Assembly (NCBI GenBank): GCA_030390025.1
Contig: JASTWF010000069.1
Span: forward strand, 310,001 to 374,000
Direction: 5' to 3'
From: Squalus acanthias
Lineage: Eukaryota
DNA: 64,000 bases
The notes beneath the pieces were generated by a model. The model searched no databases, was not told the origin of the DNA, and worked only from the letters and a program-made list of their open reading frames with translations. The translations under genes and the position numbers were made by a program. This document shows positions 12,430 through 24,221 of the stretch, in pieces; the stretch's first letter is position 1, and each line of letters begins with the position of its first letter.

Positions 12430-13345
12430 TGGGAAGACCGAGGCCATTGTCTTCACTTCACGCCACAAACTCCGTTCCCTTTCCACTGATTCGATCTCTC
12501 TCTCTCTCTCTCTGGGAACTGTCTAAGGCTGACCAAGTCTGTTGGCAACCTTGGTGCCATACTTGATCACGAATTGAGCTTCCGATCGCATATCCGTTCT
12601 ATCACTAAGACCACCTCTTCCCACCTTCATAATATCGCCCGTCTCCGCCCATACCTCAACTTATCTGCTGCTGAAACCCTCATCCATGCCTTTATCACCT
12701 CCCTACTTGACTATTCCAACGCACTCCTGGCTGGCCTCCCTAGTTCTACCCTCCGTAAACTTGAGCTGATCCAAAACTCTGCTGCCCCCGTGTCCTAACT
12801 CGCACCGAGTCCCACTCACCCATCACCCCCGTGTCCTAACTCGCACCGAGTCCCACTCACCCATCACCCCCGTGTCCTAACTCGCACCGAGTCCCACTCA
12901 CCCATCACCCCCGTGTCCTAACTCGCACCGAGTCCCACTCACCCATCACCCCCGTGTCCTAACTCGCACCGAGTCCCACTCACCCATCACCCCCGTGTCC
13001 TAACTCGCACCGAGTCCCACTCACCCATCACCCCCGTGTCCTAACTCGCACCGAGTCCCACTCACCCATCACCCCCGTGTCCTAACTCGCACCGAGTCCC
13101 ACTCACCCATCACCCCCGTGTCCTAACTCGCACCGAGTCCCACTCACCCATCACCCCCGTGTCCTAACTCGCACCGAGTCCCACTCACCCATCACCCCCG
13201 TGTCCTAACTCGCACCGAGTCCCACTCACCCATCACCCCCGTGTCCTAACTCGCACCGAGTCCCACTCACCCATCACCCCCGTGCTCGCTGACCTACATT
13301 TACTTCGTTAAAAGCGCTGTATAAATGCAAGATGTTAAGTTGTTG
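12430..13345 (+). mobile_element. L2-like LINE 3' fragment
   Basis: AETLIHAFITSLLDYSNALLAGLP...ELIQNSAA is an L2 RT C-terminal pattern. Confidence 0.85.
12785..13285. repeat. 41-bp minisatellite, about 12 near-perfect units
   Basis: Unit GTGTCCTAACTCGCACCGAGTCCCACTCACCCATCACCCCC; period 41 (12790, 12831...). Confidence 0.97.
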
Positions 13346-13473
13346 CTGTAATCAATATGAACCGTTAGTGAGGAAATGGTCATTTGACTCAATGGGACTG
13401 AATATTGGGCCCGGGTGTAGAACAGGCGATCGGTGCACAAACGCTCCTTTAGCCCCACCGACCACAACAAATT

Positions 13474-14770
13474 TACTGCCCCTCTGACAGTGCGACGCTC
13501 CCTCAGTACTGCCCCTCTGACAGTGCGGCGCCCCCTCAGTACTGCCCCTCCGACAGTGCGACGCTCCCTCAGTACTGCCCCTCCGACAGTGCGGCGCTCC
13601 CTCAGTACTGCCCCTCCGACAGTGCGGCGCTCCCTCAGTACTGCCCCTCCGACAGTGCGGTGCTCCCTCAGTACCGCCCCTCTGACAGTGCGACGCTCCC
13701 TCAGTACTGCCCCTCTGACAGTGCGACGCTCCCTCAGTACTGCCCCTCTGACAGTGCGGCGCTCCCTCAGTACTGCCCCTCCGACAGTGCGACGCTCCCT
13801 CAGTACCGCCCCTCCGACAGTGCGGTGCTCCCTCAGTACCGCCCCTCTGACAGTGCGGCGCTCCCTCAGTACTGCCCCTCCGACAGTGCGGCAATTCCTC
13901 AGTACTGCACCTCCGACAGTGCGGCGATCCCTCAGTACTGACCCTCCGATAGTGCGGCGCTCCCTCAGTACTGCCCCTCCGACAGTGTGGTGCGGCGGTC
14001 CCTCAGTACTGACACTCCGACAGTGCGGCGCTCCCTCAGTACTGCCCCTCCGACAGTGCGGCACTCCCTCAGTACTGCCCCTCCGACAGTGTGGTGCGGC
14101 GGTCCCTCAGTACTGACACTCCGACAGTGCGGCGCTCCCTCAGTACTGCCCCTCCGACAGTGCGGCACTCCCTCAGTACTGCCCCTCCGACAGTGTGGTG
14201 CGGCGCTCCCTCAGTACTGTCCCTCCGACAGTGTGGTGCAGCGCTCCCTCAGTACTGCCCCTCCGACAGTGCGGCGCTCCCTCAGTACTGCACCTCCGAC
14301 AGTGCGGCGCTCCCTCAGTACTGCCCCTCCGACAGTGCGGTGCTCCCTCAGTACTGCCCCTCCGACAGTGCGGCGCTCCCTCAGTACTGCCCCTCCGACA
14401 GTGCGGCGCTCCCTCAGTACTGCCCCTCCGACAGTGCGGCGCTCCCTCAGTACTGCCCCTCCGACAGTGCGGCGCTCCCTCAGTACTGCCCCTCCGACAG
14501 TGCGGCGCTCCCTCAGTACTGCCCCTCCGACAGTGCGGCGCTCCCTCAGTACTGCCCCTCCGACAGTGCGGCGCTCCCTCAGTACTGCCCCTCCGACAGT
14601 GCGGCGCTCCCTCAGTACTGCCCCTCCGACAGTGCGGTGCGGCACTCCCTCAGTATTGGCACTGGGCGTATCGGTCTGAATTTTGTGCTCTAGTCTCTGG
14701 AGTGGGGCTTGAACCCACGACCTTCTGACTCCGAGGCGAGAGCGTTACCCACTGAGCCACGGCTGACACT
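13474..14770 (-). repeat. 33-bp minisatellite (13474-14655) with SINE tRNA head
   Basis: Same unit with a few 38-bp variants; A/B boxes on minus strand about 14700-14765. Confidence 0.95.
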
Positions 14771-14894
14771 GTGCTATCCATTCTGATACCATACAATGTG
14801 GCACTGTTTCCACCTGAATGTGGTCAAGTTCATCTGTTGCAACTTTGTGATTTGCAAGCTCGATGTTTAATTGTTTGTCTGTTACTAATTACAG

Positions 14895-14955
14895 GGACTT
14901 GCTGTGCTGAGCATATTCATACAAATCTACATTTGCCATGAGGACCCAGTGGCAG
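14895..14955 (+). CDS. Gene A signal-peptide exon (GLAVLSIFIQIYICHEDPVA)
   Basis: Acceptor CTAATTACAG, donor CAG|GTATGT, 61 nt phase 0 to 1, hydrophobic core. Confidence 0.7.
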
Positions 14956-15389
14956 GTATGTAATAATGCCGGCAATGTTAATTATGGACTGAATATTTAT
15001 CACAGGGTATCCAACAGATCTTTAATCCCTTTCTAACAGGACTGGGTTAGCGATCTACCATCCATGTCTACCGTTATCACAAGTCTAAAATTACCTGGCC
15101 TCTGTACTGCGACACATAACCCAGTCCAAAGTACAATCGCGACTGGCCAAACCAAACCAACTCCAGCAGATACAAGAATGAGTGAAGTGATTCACTCCTC
15201 ATTGCCAGAGGCATCGAAGAGAAAGATCAGGCACAGCAAAGCATCCTCGACTTTACTAACCCATCCACACAATTGACATCATCACAAGGTTCAGGAGCAA
15301 TTGGGCACTTGTTCTTAACTGACAGTCTAAATCATTACAAGCACATAGTTCATGTGTATCAGGGTATTGCAATATTATCTTAACATACA

Positions 15390-16995
15390 TGGAACCTGTA
15401 GCACAGAAACAGGCCATTCGGCCCAACTGGTCCGTGCCGGTGTTTGTGCTCCACACCAGCCTCCTCCCACCCCTCTTCATCTCACCCCATCAACATATCT
15501 TTCTATTCCTTTCTCCCTCATGTGTTTATCCAGCTTCCCCTTAAATGTATCTCTGCTCTTCGCCTCAACCACTCCCTGTGGTAGCGAGTTCCACATTCTC
15601 ACCACTCTCTGGGTAAAGAAGTTTCTCCTGAATTCCCTATTGGATTTATTAGTGACTCTCTTATATTGATGGCCCCTAGTTCTGGTCTCCCCCACAAGTG
15701 GAAACATCTTCTCTACGTCTACCCTATCGAACCCCTTCATAATTTTAAAGACCTCTATCAGGTCACCCCTCAGCCTTCTCTTTTCTAGAGAAAAGAGCCC
15801 CAGCCTGTTCAATATTTCCTGATAGGTATAACCTCTGAGTTCTGGTATCATTCTCGTAAATCTTTTTTGCACCTTCTCCGGTGCCTCTGCAGCCTATTTG
15901 TAATATGGAATCCAGAACTGTGCACAGTGCTCCAAGTGTGGTCGAACCAAGGTATATGGAGACCAGAACTGTGCACAGTGCTCCAAGTGTGGTCTAACCA
16001 AGGTATATGGAGACCAGAACTGTGCACAGTGCTCCAGGTGTGGTCTAACCAAGGTATACGGAGACCAGGACTGTGCACAGTGCTCCAAGTGTGGTCTAAC
16101 CAAGGTATAGGGAGACCAGAACTGTGCACAGTGCTCCAAGTGTGGTCTAACCAAGGTATATGCAGACCTGAACTGTGCACAGTGCTCCAAGTGTGGTCGA
16201 ACCAAGGTATATGGAGACCAGAACTGTGCACAGTGCTCCAAGTGTGGTCTAACCAAGGTATATGGAGACCAGAACTGTGCACAGTGCTCCAAGTGTGGTC
16301 TAACCAAGGTATATGGAGACCAGAACTGTGTACAGTGCTCCAAGTGTGGTTGAACCAAGGTATATGGAGACCAGAACTGTGCACAGTGCTCCAAGTGTGG
16401 TCTAACCAAGGTATATGGAGACCGGAACTGTGCACAGTGCTCCAAGTGTGGTCTAACCAAGGTATATGGAGACCAGGACTGTGCACAGTGCTCCAAGTGT
16501 GGTCTAACCAAGGTATATGGAGACCAGAACTATGCACAGTGCTCCAAGTGTGGTCTAACCAAGGTATATGGAGACCGGAACTGTGCACAGTGCTCCAAGT
16601 GTGGTCTAACCAAGGTATATGGAGACCAGAACTGTGCACAGTGCTCCAAGTGTGGTCTAACCAAGGTATATGGAGACCAGAACTGTGCACAGTGCTCCAA
16701 GTGTTGTCTAACCAAGGTGTATGGAGACCGGAACTGTGCACAGTGCTCCAAGTGTGGTCTAACCAAGGTATATGGAGACCGGAACTGTGCACAGTGCTCC
16801 AAGTGTGGTCTAACCAAGGTATATGGAGACCGGAACTGTGCACAGTGCTCCAAGTGTTGTCTAACCAAGGTATATGGAGACCGGAACTGTGCACAGTACT
16901 CTCTGGGGAAATAACGTTTCTCCTGAATTCCCTATTGGATTTTTTAGTGACTATCTTATGCTGATGGCCCCAAGCTCTGGTCTCGCCCACAAAGT
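15390..16995 (-). mobile_element. CR1 LINE fragment containing a 51-bp tandem array
   Basis: [11 protein letters not shown]...RRLRGDLIEVFK; array within the LVRPHLEHCAQFWSP segment. Confidence 0.9.
15905..16900. repeat. 51-bp minisatellite, about 19 units
   Basis: Unit CCAGAACTGTGCACAGTGCTCCAAGTGTGGTCTAACCAAGGTATATGGAGA; explains the 17-aa periodic ORFs. Confidence 0.97.
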
Positions 16996-17174
16996 ATGTG
17001 AGGACAGGATGGGTTGGGTGTGATGCCTCACATGGTTGAATAGCCAATGATGCTTGCTGTTTAAGGTTCTCGCATCAAGAATGTGTCCAAAGTACTCTAT
17101 GGTCAATGGCTTCAGGAGAGAAAATGAGGAGGAAATTGCAGGGGGGCGGGGGGGCGGTGTGGAGCGAAAAATGC

Positions 17175-17745
17175 ATACAGGGCTTTGGTGAGACCACACC
17201 TGGGGTACTGTGCACAGTTTTGGTCTCATTACCTAAGGAAGGATATACTTTCCTTAAGAGGCGGTGCAACAAACGAAGGTTAGATTGATTCCTGGGATGA
17301 GGGTTGTCCCATGAGAAGAGATTGAGTAGAATGGGCCTATACTCTCTGGAGTTTAGAAGAATGAGAGGTGATCTCATTGAAACGTGTAAGATTCTGAGAG
17401 GGATTGACAGGGTAGATGCTGAGAGGCTGTTTCCCCCTGGCTGGAGAGTCTAGAACCAGGGGTCACAGTCTCAGGATAAGGGGTCGGCCATTTAAGACCG
17501 AGATGAGGAGGAATTTCTTCACTCAGAGGGCGGTGAATCTTTGGAATTCTCTACCCCAGAGGGCTGTGGAGGCTCAGTCTTTGAGTATATTCAAGGCTGA
17601 GATCGATAGATTTTTGGACTCTAGGGGAATGGGGATTGGGTGGGAAAGTGGAGTGGAGGTCGAAGATCAGCCATGATCTTATTGAATGGCGGAGCAGGCT
17701 CGAGGGGCCGAATGGCCGACTCCTGCTCCTATTTCTTACGTTCTT
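17175..17745 (+). mobile_element. CR1 LINE 3' fragment
   Basis: RTRGHSLRIRGRPFKTEMRRNFFTQR. Confidence 0.9.
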
Positions 17746-17792
17746 AAAACAAGTGGAACGTTGCCTGAAGCTGTTTCTTCCGTCTCTTTCAG

Positions 17793-18041
17793 ATTGTACT
17801 GGAAAACCGGCTAATATAACATTGAAGGAATGTGTGACTGAGAGTCAGAAGCCAATCCTGAAACGTGGAATAAAACACGTGATTTGCAATAGTTTAAATT
17901 GCACAGAGAGTTACGCTGCAAGTTTTAACAGCAGTGGCTGTTACAACTTTTACATCCGGAACATTTCAGCGGAAGATATTGTTCAATGGTGGCTCGAATA
18001 CGGGTCCTCCGAGCCTATTAGTTTCAAATTAGTGTCTGCCG
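17793..18041 (+). CDS. Gene A extracellular exon, atypical Cys-rich Ig-like domain
   Basis: Acceptor TCTCTTTCAG, donor CCG|GTGAGT, 249 nt phase 1-1, open; DCTGKPANITL...FYIRNISAEDIVQWWLEY...FKLVSA; 5 Cys, 4 N-glycosylation sequons. Confidence 0.8.
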
Positions 18042-18299
18042 GTGAGTTTAAAAGAATCTTCGTGCGGTCCTGCTTTGCGCTAAACACTTGTTTTCTCCTG
18101 AACAGGTCTTCACTTTCTTGGCCCGGAAATTGCAGGGAAAATAAGGACGATTTCACGGCCATTAATCAGCTCGCTTAAAAAAAAAACCCCCGGCAATTGT
18201 TGGCGAGGAGGAGATACGGCGTGTGTTCCACTTCTCCCCACATTGCTGGACGATTAGCGTCGCTCCGCCATTAGCCTCGCCAAAATGGAACAAATCACC

Positions 18300-18950
18300 A
18301 AGTTCCCTCCGAGTCACGCACACAACTGTCCCGACTTGGAAATATATCGGCCGTTCCTTCATCGTCGCCGGGTCAATATCCTGGAACTCCCTCCCGAACA
18401 GCACTGTGGAGCACCTTCACCACACGGACTGCAGCGGTTCAAGTCGGCAGCTCACCACCACCTTGGGGAACTTGGAGGTGGTGGTGTTCCCATTCGCCTG
18501 CTGCCCTTGTCCTTCTAGGTGGAAGAGGTCGCGGGTTTGGGAGGTGCTGCCGAAGAAGCCTTGGCGAGTTGCTGCAGTGCATCTTGTAGATGGTGCACAC
18601 TGCAGCCACGGTGCGCTGGTGGTGGAGGGAGTGAATGTTTAAGGTGGTGGATGGGGTGCCGATCAAGCGGGCTGCTTTGTCCTGGATGGTGTCGAGCTTC
18701 TTGAGTGTTGTTGGAGCTACACTCATCCAGGCAAGTGGAGAGTATTCCATCACACTCCTTACTTGTGCCTTGTAGATGGTGGAAAGGCTTTGGGGAATCA
18801 GGAGGTGAGTCACTCGCCACAGAATACCCAGCCTCTGACCTGCTCTTGTTGCCACAGTATTTATGTGACTGGTCCAGTTAAGTTTCTGGTCAATGGTGAC
18901 CCGTAGGGTGTTGATGGTGGGGGATTCGGTGATGGTAATGCCGTTGAAAG
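18300..18950. mobile_element. LINE RT C-terminal fragments (second LINE family)
   Basis: Minus strand IYKAQVRSVMEYSPLAW...KKLDTIQDKAARLI; plus-strand tail piece about 18300-18460. Confidence 0.8.
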
Positions 18951-19304
18951 TAAGATGGGAATCTGAGCTCGGAGGTGATACAATCCATGATCGCTGTTCA
19001 GTCACTATGCGACTGGGGTGACATAGCGAAGGCTGCCTGCTTCCTGTAGATCTGCACCACAGCAGGAGGGGTCACCTAGAATCCCACAGCACAGAAGGAG
19101 GCCACTCGGCCCATCGTGCCTGTGCCGGCTCTTTGAAAGAGCTCTCCAATTAGCCTCACAGCCCCTGGCTCTTTCCCCATAACACTGCAAATTTTTCCCC
19201 TTCAAGTATTTATCCAGGGGAAGGGGGAGAAAATGCGTTGAACAGGAGAAAAATGCAAATATTTTACGAACTGCTCAATTAAATTGTCTGCTTTGCTTTT
19301 CCAG

Positions 19305-19370
19305 ATTGTTCTACCCAAGAACCAAACGAAACTTTTGCAGATCCCGACAAACATTTCAATACAAACCGAG
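19305..19370 (+). CDS. Gene A stalk exon (DCSTQEPNETFADPDKHFNTNR)
   Basis: Acceptor CTTTGCTTTTCCAG, donor GAG|GTAACA, 66 nt phase 1-1. Confidence 0.72.
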
Positions 19371-19609
19371 GTAACACCAGCTCAGATTTAATACTTTTTA
19401 TACAAGGTGTCAGCAGTGATTCAGTGGGTTTAGCTCTCTCTCTCTCTCTCTCTCTCTCGCCTCTGAGTCAGACGGTCGTGGGTTCAAATCCCACTCCAGA
19501 CACTAGGGCACAAATTCCAGGCCCACACTGCCCAGTGCCAGTACTGGGGTGACATAGCGAAGGCTGCCTGCTTCCTGTAGATCTGCACCACGGCAGGAGG
19601 GGTCACCTA

Positions 19610-20060
19610 GAATCCCACAGCACAGCAGGAGGTCACTCGGCCTTGTAACTAAGATCCCTCATCCCCGGAACCTTCACATCCCTCCTAAAGTGTGGTGACC
19701 AGAACTGGACACAATACTCTAGTTGTGGCCTAACCAGTGCTTTATAAAGGTTCAGCATAACTTCTCTACTTTTGTACTCAATACCTCTATTTAAGAAGCC
19801 CAAGATCCTATATGCTTTGCTAACCACTCTCTCAATATGTCCCGCCACCTTCAGGGACCTATGCACATTAACTCCCAGGTCCCTCTGTCCCTGCACATTC
19901 TTTAAAACTGTGCCATTAAGTGTATATTGCCTCTCCCTGTTCCTTCTGCCAAAATGCATCACCTCACACTTCTCTGTATTAAATTCCATCTGCCACTTGT
20001 CTGCCCATTCTGCTAGCCTTTCTATGTCCTGTTGCAGTCGATTGGCATCATCCTCCTTTG
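19610..20060 (-). mobile_element. CR1 LINE fragment
   Basis: WADKWQMEFNTEKCEVMHFG...LVRPQLEYCVQFWSP. Confidence 0.9.
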
Positions 20061-20818
20061 TGAACCAGATGGGTTTTTCCGACAATCCGGCAGTTTCATG
20101 GTCACCATTACTGATACTAGCTTTTTTATTTAACTGAATTTAAATTCCCCAGCTGCCGTGGTGGGATTTGAACTCGTGTCTCATTGGATCAGTTACTCCA
20201 GGCCTCTGGACTTCTAGTCCAGTAACATAACCACGATCCCACCGGTCCTGGGATGGGGGAGCCATGTGACGTAATCATACTCCCAGAATCAACCCTAAAT
20301 CCAGACTCCTCTATCACCATCCCCGGGTACGTCCTGTCCCACCGGCCGGACAGACCCACCAGAGGTGGGAGCTCAGTGGTATACAGTCGGGTGGGAGTGG
20401 CCCCGGGAGTCCTCAACATTGACGACAATGGGGAGTAATATTGGCCCAGCTATGAAACCGGCGTTCCACCCGATCCCAAGACTTCCCCGACCCACAGATT
20501 AGTTTAAAATTCCCCCTCGGTTTCAGCGGGCTGTTGGGTTTAATTGTAGGGAGGCTGCTGCTTGTCAGTCTCCAGTTATCTCTATCGGAAAGCCTGTATC
20601 GATCGCATTGTGGGGCAGTGTGTGTGTGTGTTCAAGGAGCTGTGGGCTGGCCTGGTGTGTGTGTTTATTGGAATCTAACCTCTCCCATCGCTCCGGGGCT
20701 AGAATTGACCAGGGATCTATTTGTGCTGGGGATGGTTCTGAAGCACTCGGTGCTGAAGGTCTCTGCTGTTAGTTTTGTGAGTGTGTCCCGGTCTGTTAAC
20801 GGTTTATTCTGTCTCTAG

Positions 20819-20924
20819 ATCCTGGACTCTCTACTGGAGCAGCAGTTGGATTGGGAATCGGAATTCCTACTCTTCTTACTCTTGCTGTTTTCATTGGGGT
20901 TTTCCTGATCCGAAAGCGATGGTG
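20819..20924 (+). CDS. Gene A transmembrane exon (cassette copy 1)
   Basis: Acceptor TGTCTCTAG, donor GTG|GTGAGT; DPGLSTGAAVGLGIGIPTLLTLAVFIGVFLIRKRW, phase 1 to 2. Confidence 0.85.
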
Positions 20925-22191
20925 GTGAGTTCTAGAATGTGCCGCAGTTTCCATTGTTGATTCTAGTTTTGTTCTATTACACTTTGTGTTTAAAGATGTT
21001 GTGTGCAGCGATACACTTTGAGCTGTGTGCGATGCTTCAATGTAGCATTATCCCATCACTTCCAGCTTGTTGTCATCTCTGTTGCTCCGTTCACTAGCCA
21101 CCGACTCCATCCCTCTCCCTGGCCACTGTCTGAGGCTGAACCAGTTCACAACCTCGGTGTCTTATTAGACCCTGAGCTGAGCTTCCGACCCGTATCCTCC
21201 CCATCACCAAGACCGCCTACTTCCACCTCCGTAACATCGCCCGTCTCCGCCCCTACCTCAGCTCATCTGCTGCTGAAACCCTCATCCATGCCTTACCGCA
21301 AAACTCGACCATTTCAAAACTCTCCTTTCTGTATCCTAACTCACACCAAGTCCCGTTCACCCATCACCCTCTGTGTTCACTGACCTACATTCATCCTCCT
21401 GTTCAAATCCCTCCGTGGCCTCCTCCAGCCCCACAACCCTCTGAGATCTCTGCACTCCTCCAATTCTGGCCTCTTGAGCATCCCTGATTTCCATCGCTCC
21501 ACCATTGGCGGCCGTGCCTTCAGCTGCCTGGAAGCTCTGGAAGTCCCTCCATAAACCTCTCCGCCTCTCTGTCCTCCTTTAAGACTCTCCTTAAAACTGA
21601 CCTCTTTGACCAAGTTTTTGGTCTCCTGCCCTAATATCTCCTTATGTGGCTTGCTGTCAAATTTTGTTTGATTGCCACTGTGAAGCACCTTGGGCGATAA
21701 AGGCGCTATATAAATTCAAGCTGTTGCTCTATCTCCACTCGTGCTTACATTTTTCAAACCACCCCCTTGACCCGGCCATCAGTGATTCCGATCACTGAGA
21801 AGGCCATCCTGGATTTCCTCGTCTCCCTCAACATCCACATCTCCCTGCCCACCTCTTACCCCCCACTTCCCCCTTTGCCCCCCGATGGGGAGAAGGAACT
21901 ATTGCTGGGATCTCTAACTCTTCTCTGGTCTTTCCCCGTCACGATATTTCTGCCTCCGTTAGCCTGTTTGGCCACTGCTAGAACAGGCTTGACCACATCA
22001 AGAAATACCATCTCCATCTGTGGCTCTCAGTACTTCAGGATCAGCCTGGAGAGTACGGACATGCCCAACATCCTCCTGTCTGATCTGATCCCCATCATCT
22101 TCAGCTCAGTGTTAACCCAGGTCCTCATCAATTCTTCTTAATCTCCAAAATTGAGGCTAGCTGTCATTTTTCTATTTCTCTGGTGCCTCAG

Positions 22192-22331
22192 GCAGCACGG
22201 GTCCTGTGGAGTGTACAGCTCCTGCCCATTGCCTCCCCTATAAACCTCCTCTCCTCTACACTCTGCTCCATCAACGTGCAGCTCCTGTGACACATTTTCC
22301 AGCTACCAGTGGTGCCCAGGATGTTGTGTAA
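22192..22331 (+). CDS. Gene A candidate cytoplasmic exon with tandem acceptors (22192 / 22196)
   Basis: Pyrimidine tract then CAG|GCAG|C; first acceptor gives WQHGSCGVYSSCPLPPL* (stop 22243), second gives CTGPVEC...LLYTLL...QDVV* (stop 22331). Confidence 0.55.
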
Positions 22332-22627
22332 TTTAATCGGTCTGTGCTCCTGAACGGCTCCTTTACACACTTGTCCAAAGTGTTGGATCCTTTTAACGTA
22401 ACCTGCACTCTGCTGGTTTCTCTCTCCTAGGAACTGTTTGAAAAAGAGACTCCAGCAATCCAGAAGCAGCACCTACTGACGACCCTTTGACAAACGTGCC
22501 TTGTTTGGATGAAGCACGGAGCCTTGTGACAACAGCAGCTGAGCATCAGACTGGAGCGGCTGGAGAACAAAACCTTCTGGGGAACCTGGCTGTCCAGCAC
22601 TGACTGAGTTTATGCTGCACTGTGCCT

Positions 22628-22686
22628 GTATATATTTTATATATATATATTTTTTATATATTTTTTATATATATATATATATATAT
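22628..22686. repeat. (TA)n microsatellite
   Basis: Direct inspection. Confidence 0.9.
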
Positions 22687-23029
22687 TTTGGAATGTCACT
22701 TTTCTATATGTACATTTTGAACCTGTGATTAAAGGGAAGCCCCTGTTTATACGAGTGGATGTACAGTCTTGCTTTGTTTAAGGACCGAAAGCAGAGTAAC
22801 GGTGAACGGTTGTTTTTCAGACTGGAGGGAGGTATACAGTGGTGTCCAAGGGCTTGCTGTTGGGACCACTGCTCTTTTGATGTATATTAATGACCTGGTC
22901 TTGGGTATACAGGGCATCATTTCAAAGTTTGCAGATGACACGGAACTCTGAAATGTAATAAGACAGCGAGATGGGGCAGGAACAGACTTCAGGAGGATCG
23001 AGAGCGAGACAGACTGAATCATAGAATAG

Positions 23030-24215
23030 AATCAGAGAAATTTACAGCACAGAAGGAGGCCATTCGACTCACCGTGTCTGTGCCGGCCGAATGAGCTATC
23101 CAGTCTAATCCCACTTTCCAGCTCTTGGTCCATGGCCCTGTAGGTTACGGCACTTCAAGTGCATATCCAAGTACTTTTTAAATGTGATGAGGGTTTCTGC
23201 CTCTACCACCCTTTCAGGCAGTGAGTTCCAGACCCCCACCACCCTCTGGGTGAAAAAAGTTCTCAACTCCCCTCTAATCCTTCTACCAATTACTTTAAAT
23301 CTCTGCCCCCTGGTTATTGACCTCTCTGCTAGGGGAAATAGGTCCTTCCTATCCACTCTATCTAAGCCCCTCATCATTTTATACACCTCAATTAAGTCTC
23401 CCCTCAGCCTCCTCTGTTCCAAAGAAAACAACCCCAGCCTATCCAATCTTTCCTCATAGCAGAAATTCTCCAGTCCTGGCAACATCCTCGTAAATCTCCT
23501 CTGCCCCTCTCCAGTGCAATCACGTCTTTCCTGTAATGTGGTGACCAGAACTGTACACAGTACTCTAGCTGTGGCCTAACCAGTGTTTTATACAATTCAA
23601 GCATAACCTCCCTGCTCTTATATTCTATGCCTCGGCTAATAAAGGAAAGTATCCCGTATGCCTTCTTAACCACCTTATCTACCTGTCCTGCTACCTTCAG
23701 GGATCTGTGGCCATGCACTCCAAGGAGCCTCTGTTCCTCTGCAAGTCTCAGTATCCTACCATTTATTGTGTATTCCCTTGCCTTGTTAGCCCTCCACAAA
23801 TGCATTACCTCACACTTCTCCAGATTGAATTCCATTTGCCACTTCTCTGCCCACCTGACCAGTCCATTGATATCTTCCTGCAGTCCACAGCTTTCTTCCT
23901 CACTGTCAACCACACGGCCAATTTTTGTATCATCTGCAAAATTCTTAATCATGTCCCCTACATTGAAGTCTAAATCATTGATATATACCACAAAAAGCAA
24001 GGGACCTAGTACGGAACCCCACTGGAAACAGCCTTCCAGTCACAAAAACAGCCGTCGGCCATTACCCTTTGTTTCCTGCCACTGAGCCAATTTTGGATCC
24101 AACTTGCCAATTTCCCGTGGATCCCATGGGCTTTTACTTTTCTGCTCAGACTGTCATGTGGGACCTTGTTAAAAGCCTTGCTGAAATCTATGTAGACAAC
24201 ATCAAACAGACAATC
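23030..24215 (-). mobile_element. CR1 LINE (RT to 3' tail); inverted paralog at 42945-44130
   Basis: IDFSKAF, FADDTKI, YKTLVRPQLEYC motifs. Confidence 0.92.
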
Positions 24216-24221
24216 CTGTGG

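Noticed and set aside
12785-13285. CRISPR-like appearance of regular repeats
   Set aside because: Head-to-tail units without unique spacers; eukaryotic context; no cas genes.
15848-17047. 365-399 aa ORFs with 17-aa repeats
   Set aside because: Produced by the 51-bp array in a CR1 fragment.
17636-18178. 180-aa ORF as a single-exon gene
   Set aside because: Starts in a CR1 tail and runs through the donor; only 17793-18041 is exon-like.
21767-22141. 124-aa ORF repeated in the three cassette copies
   Set aside because: Non-ATG start, frameshifted in copy 2, no usable splice pair; shared only through recent duplication.
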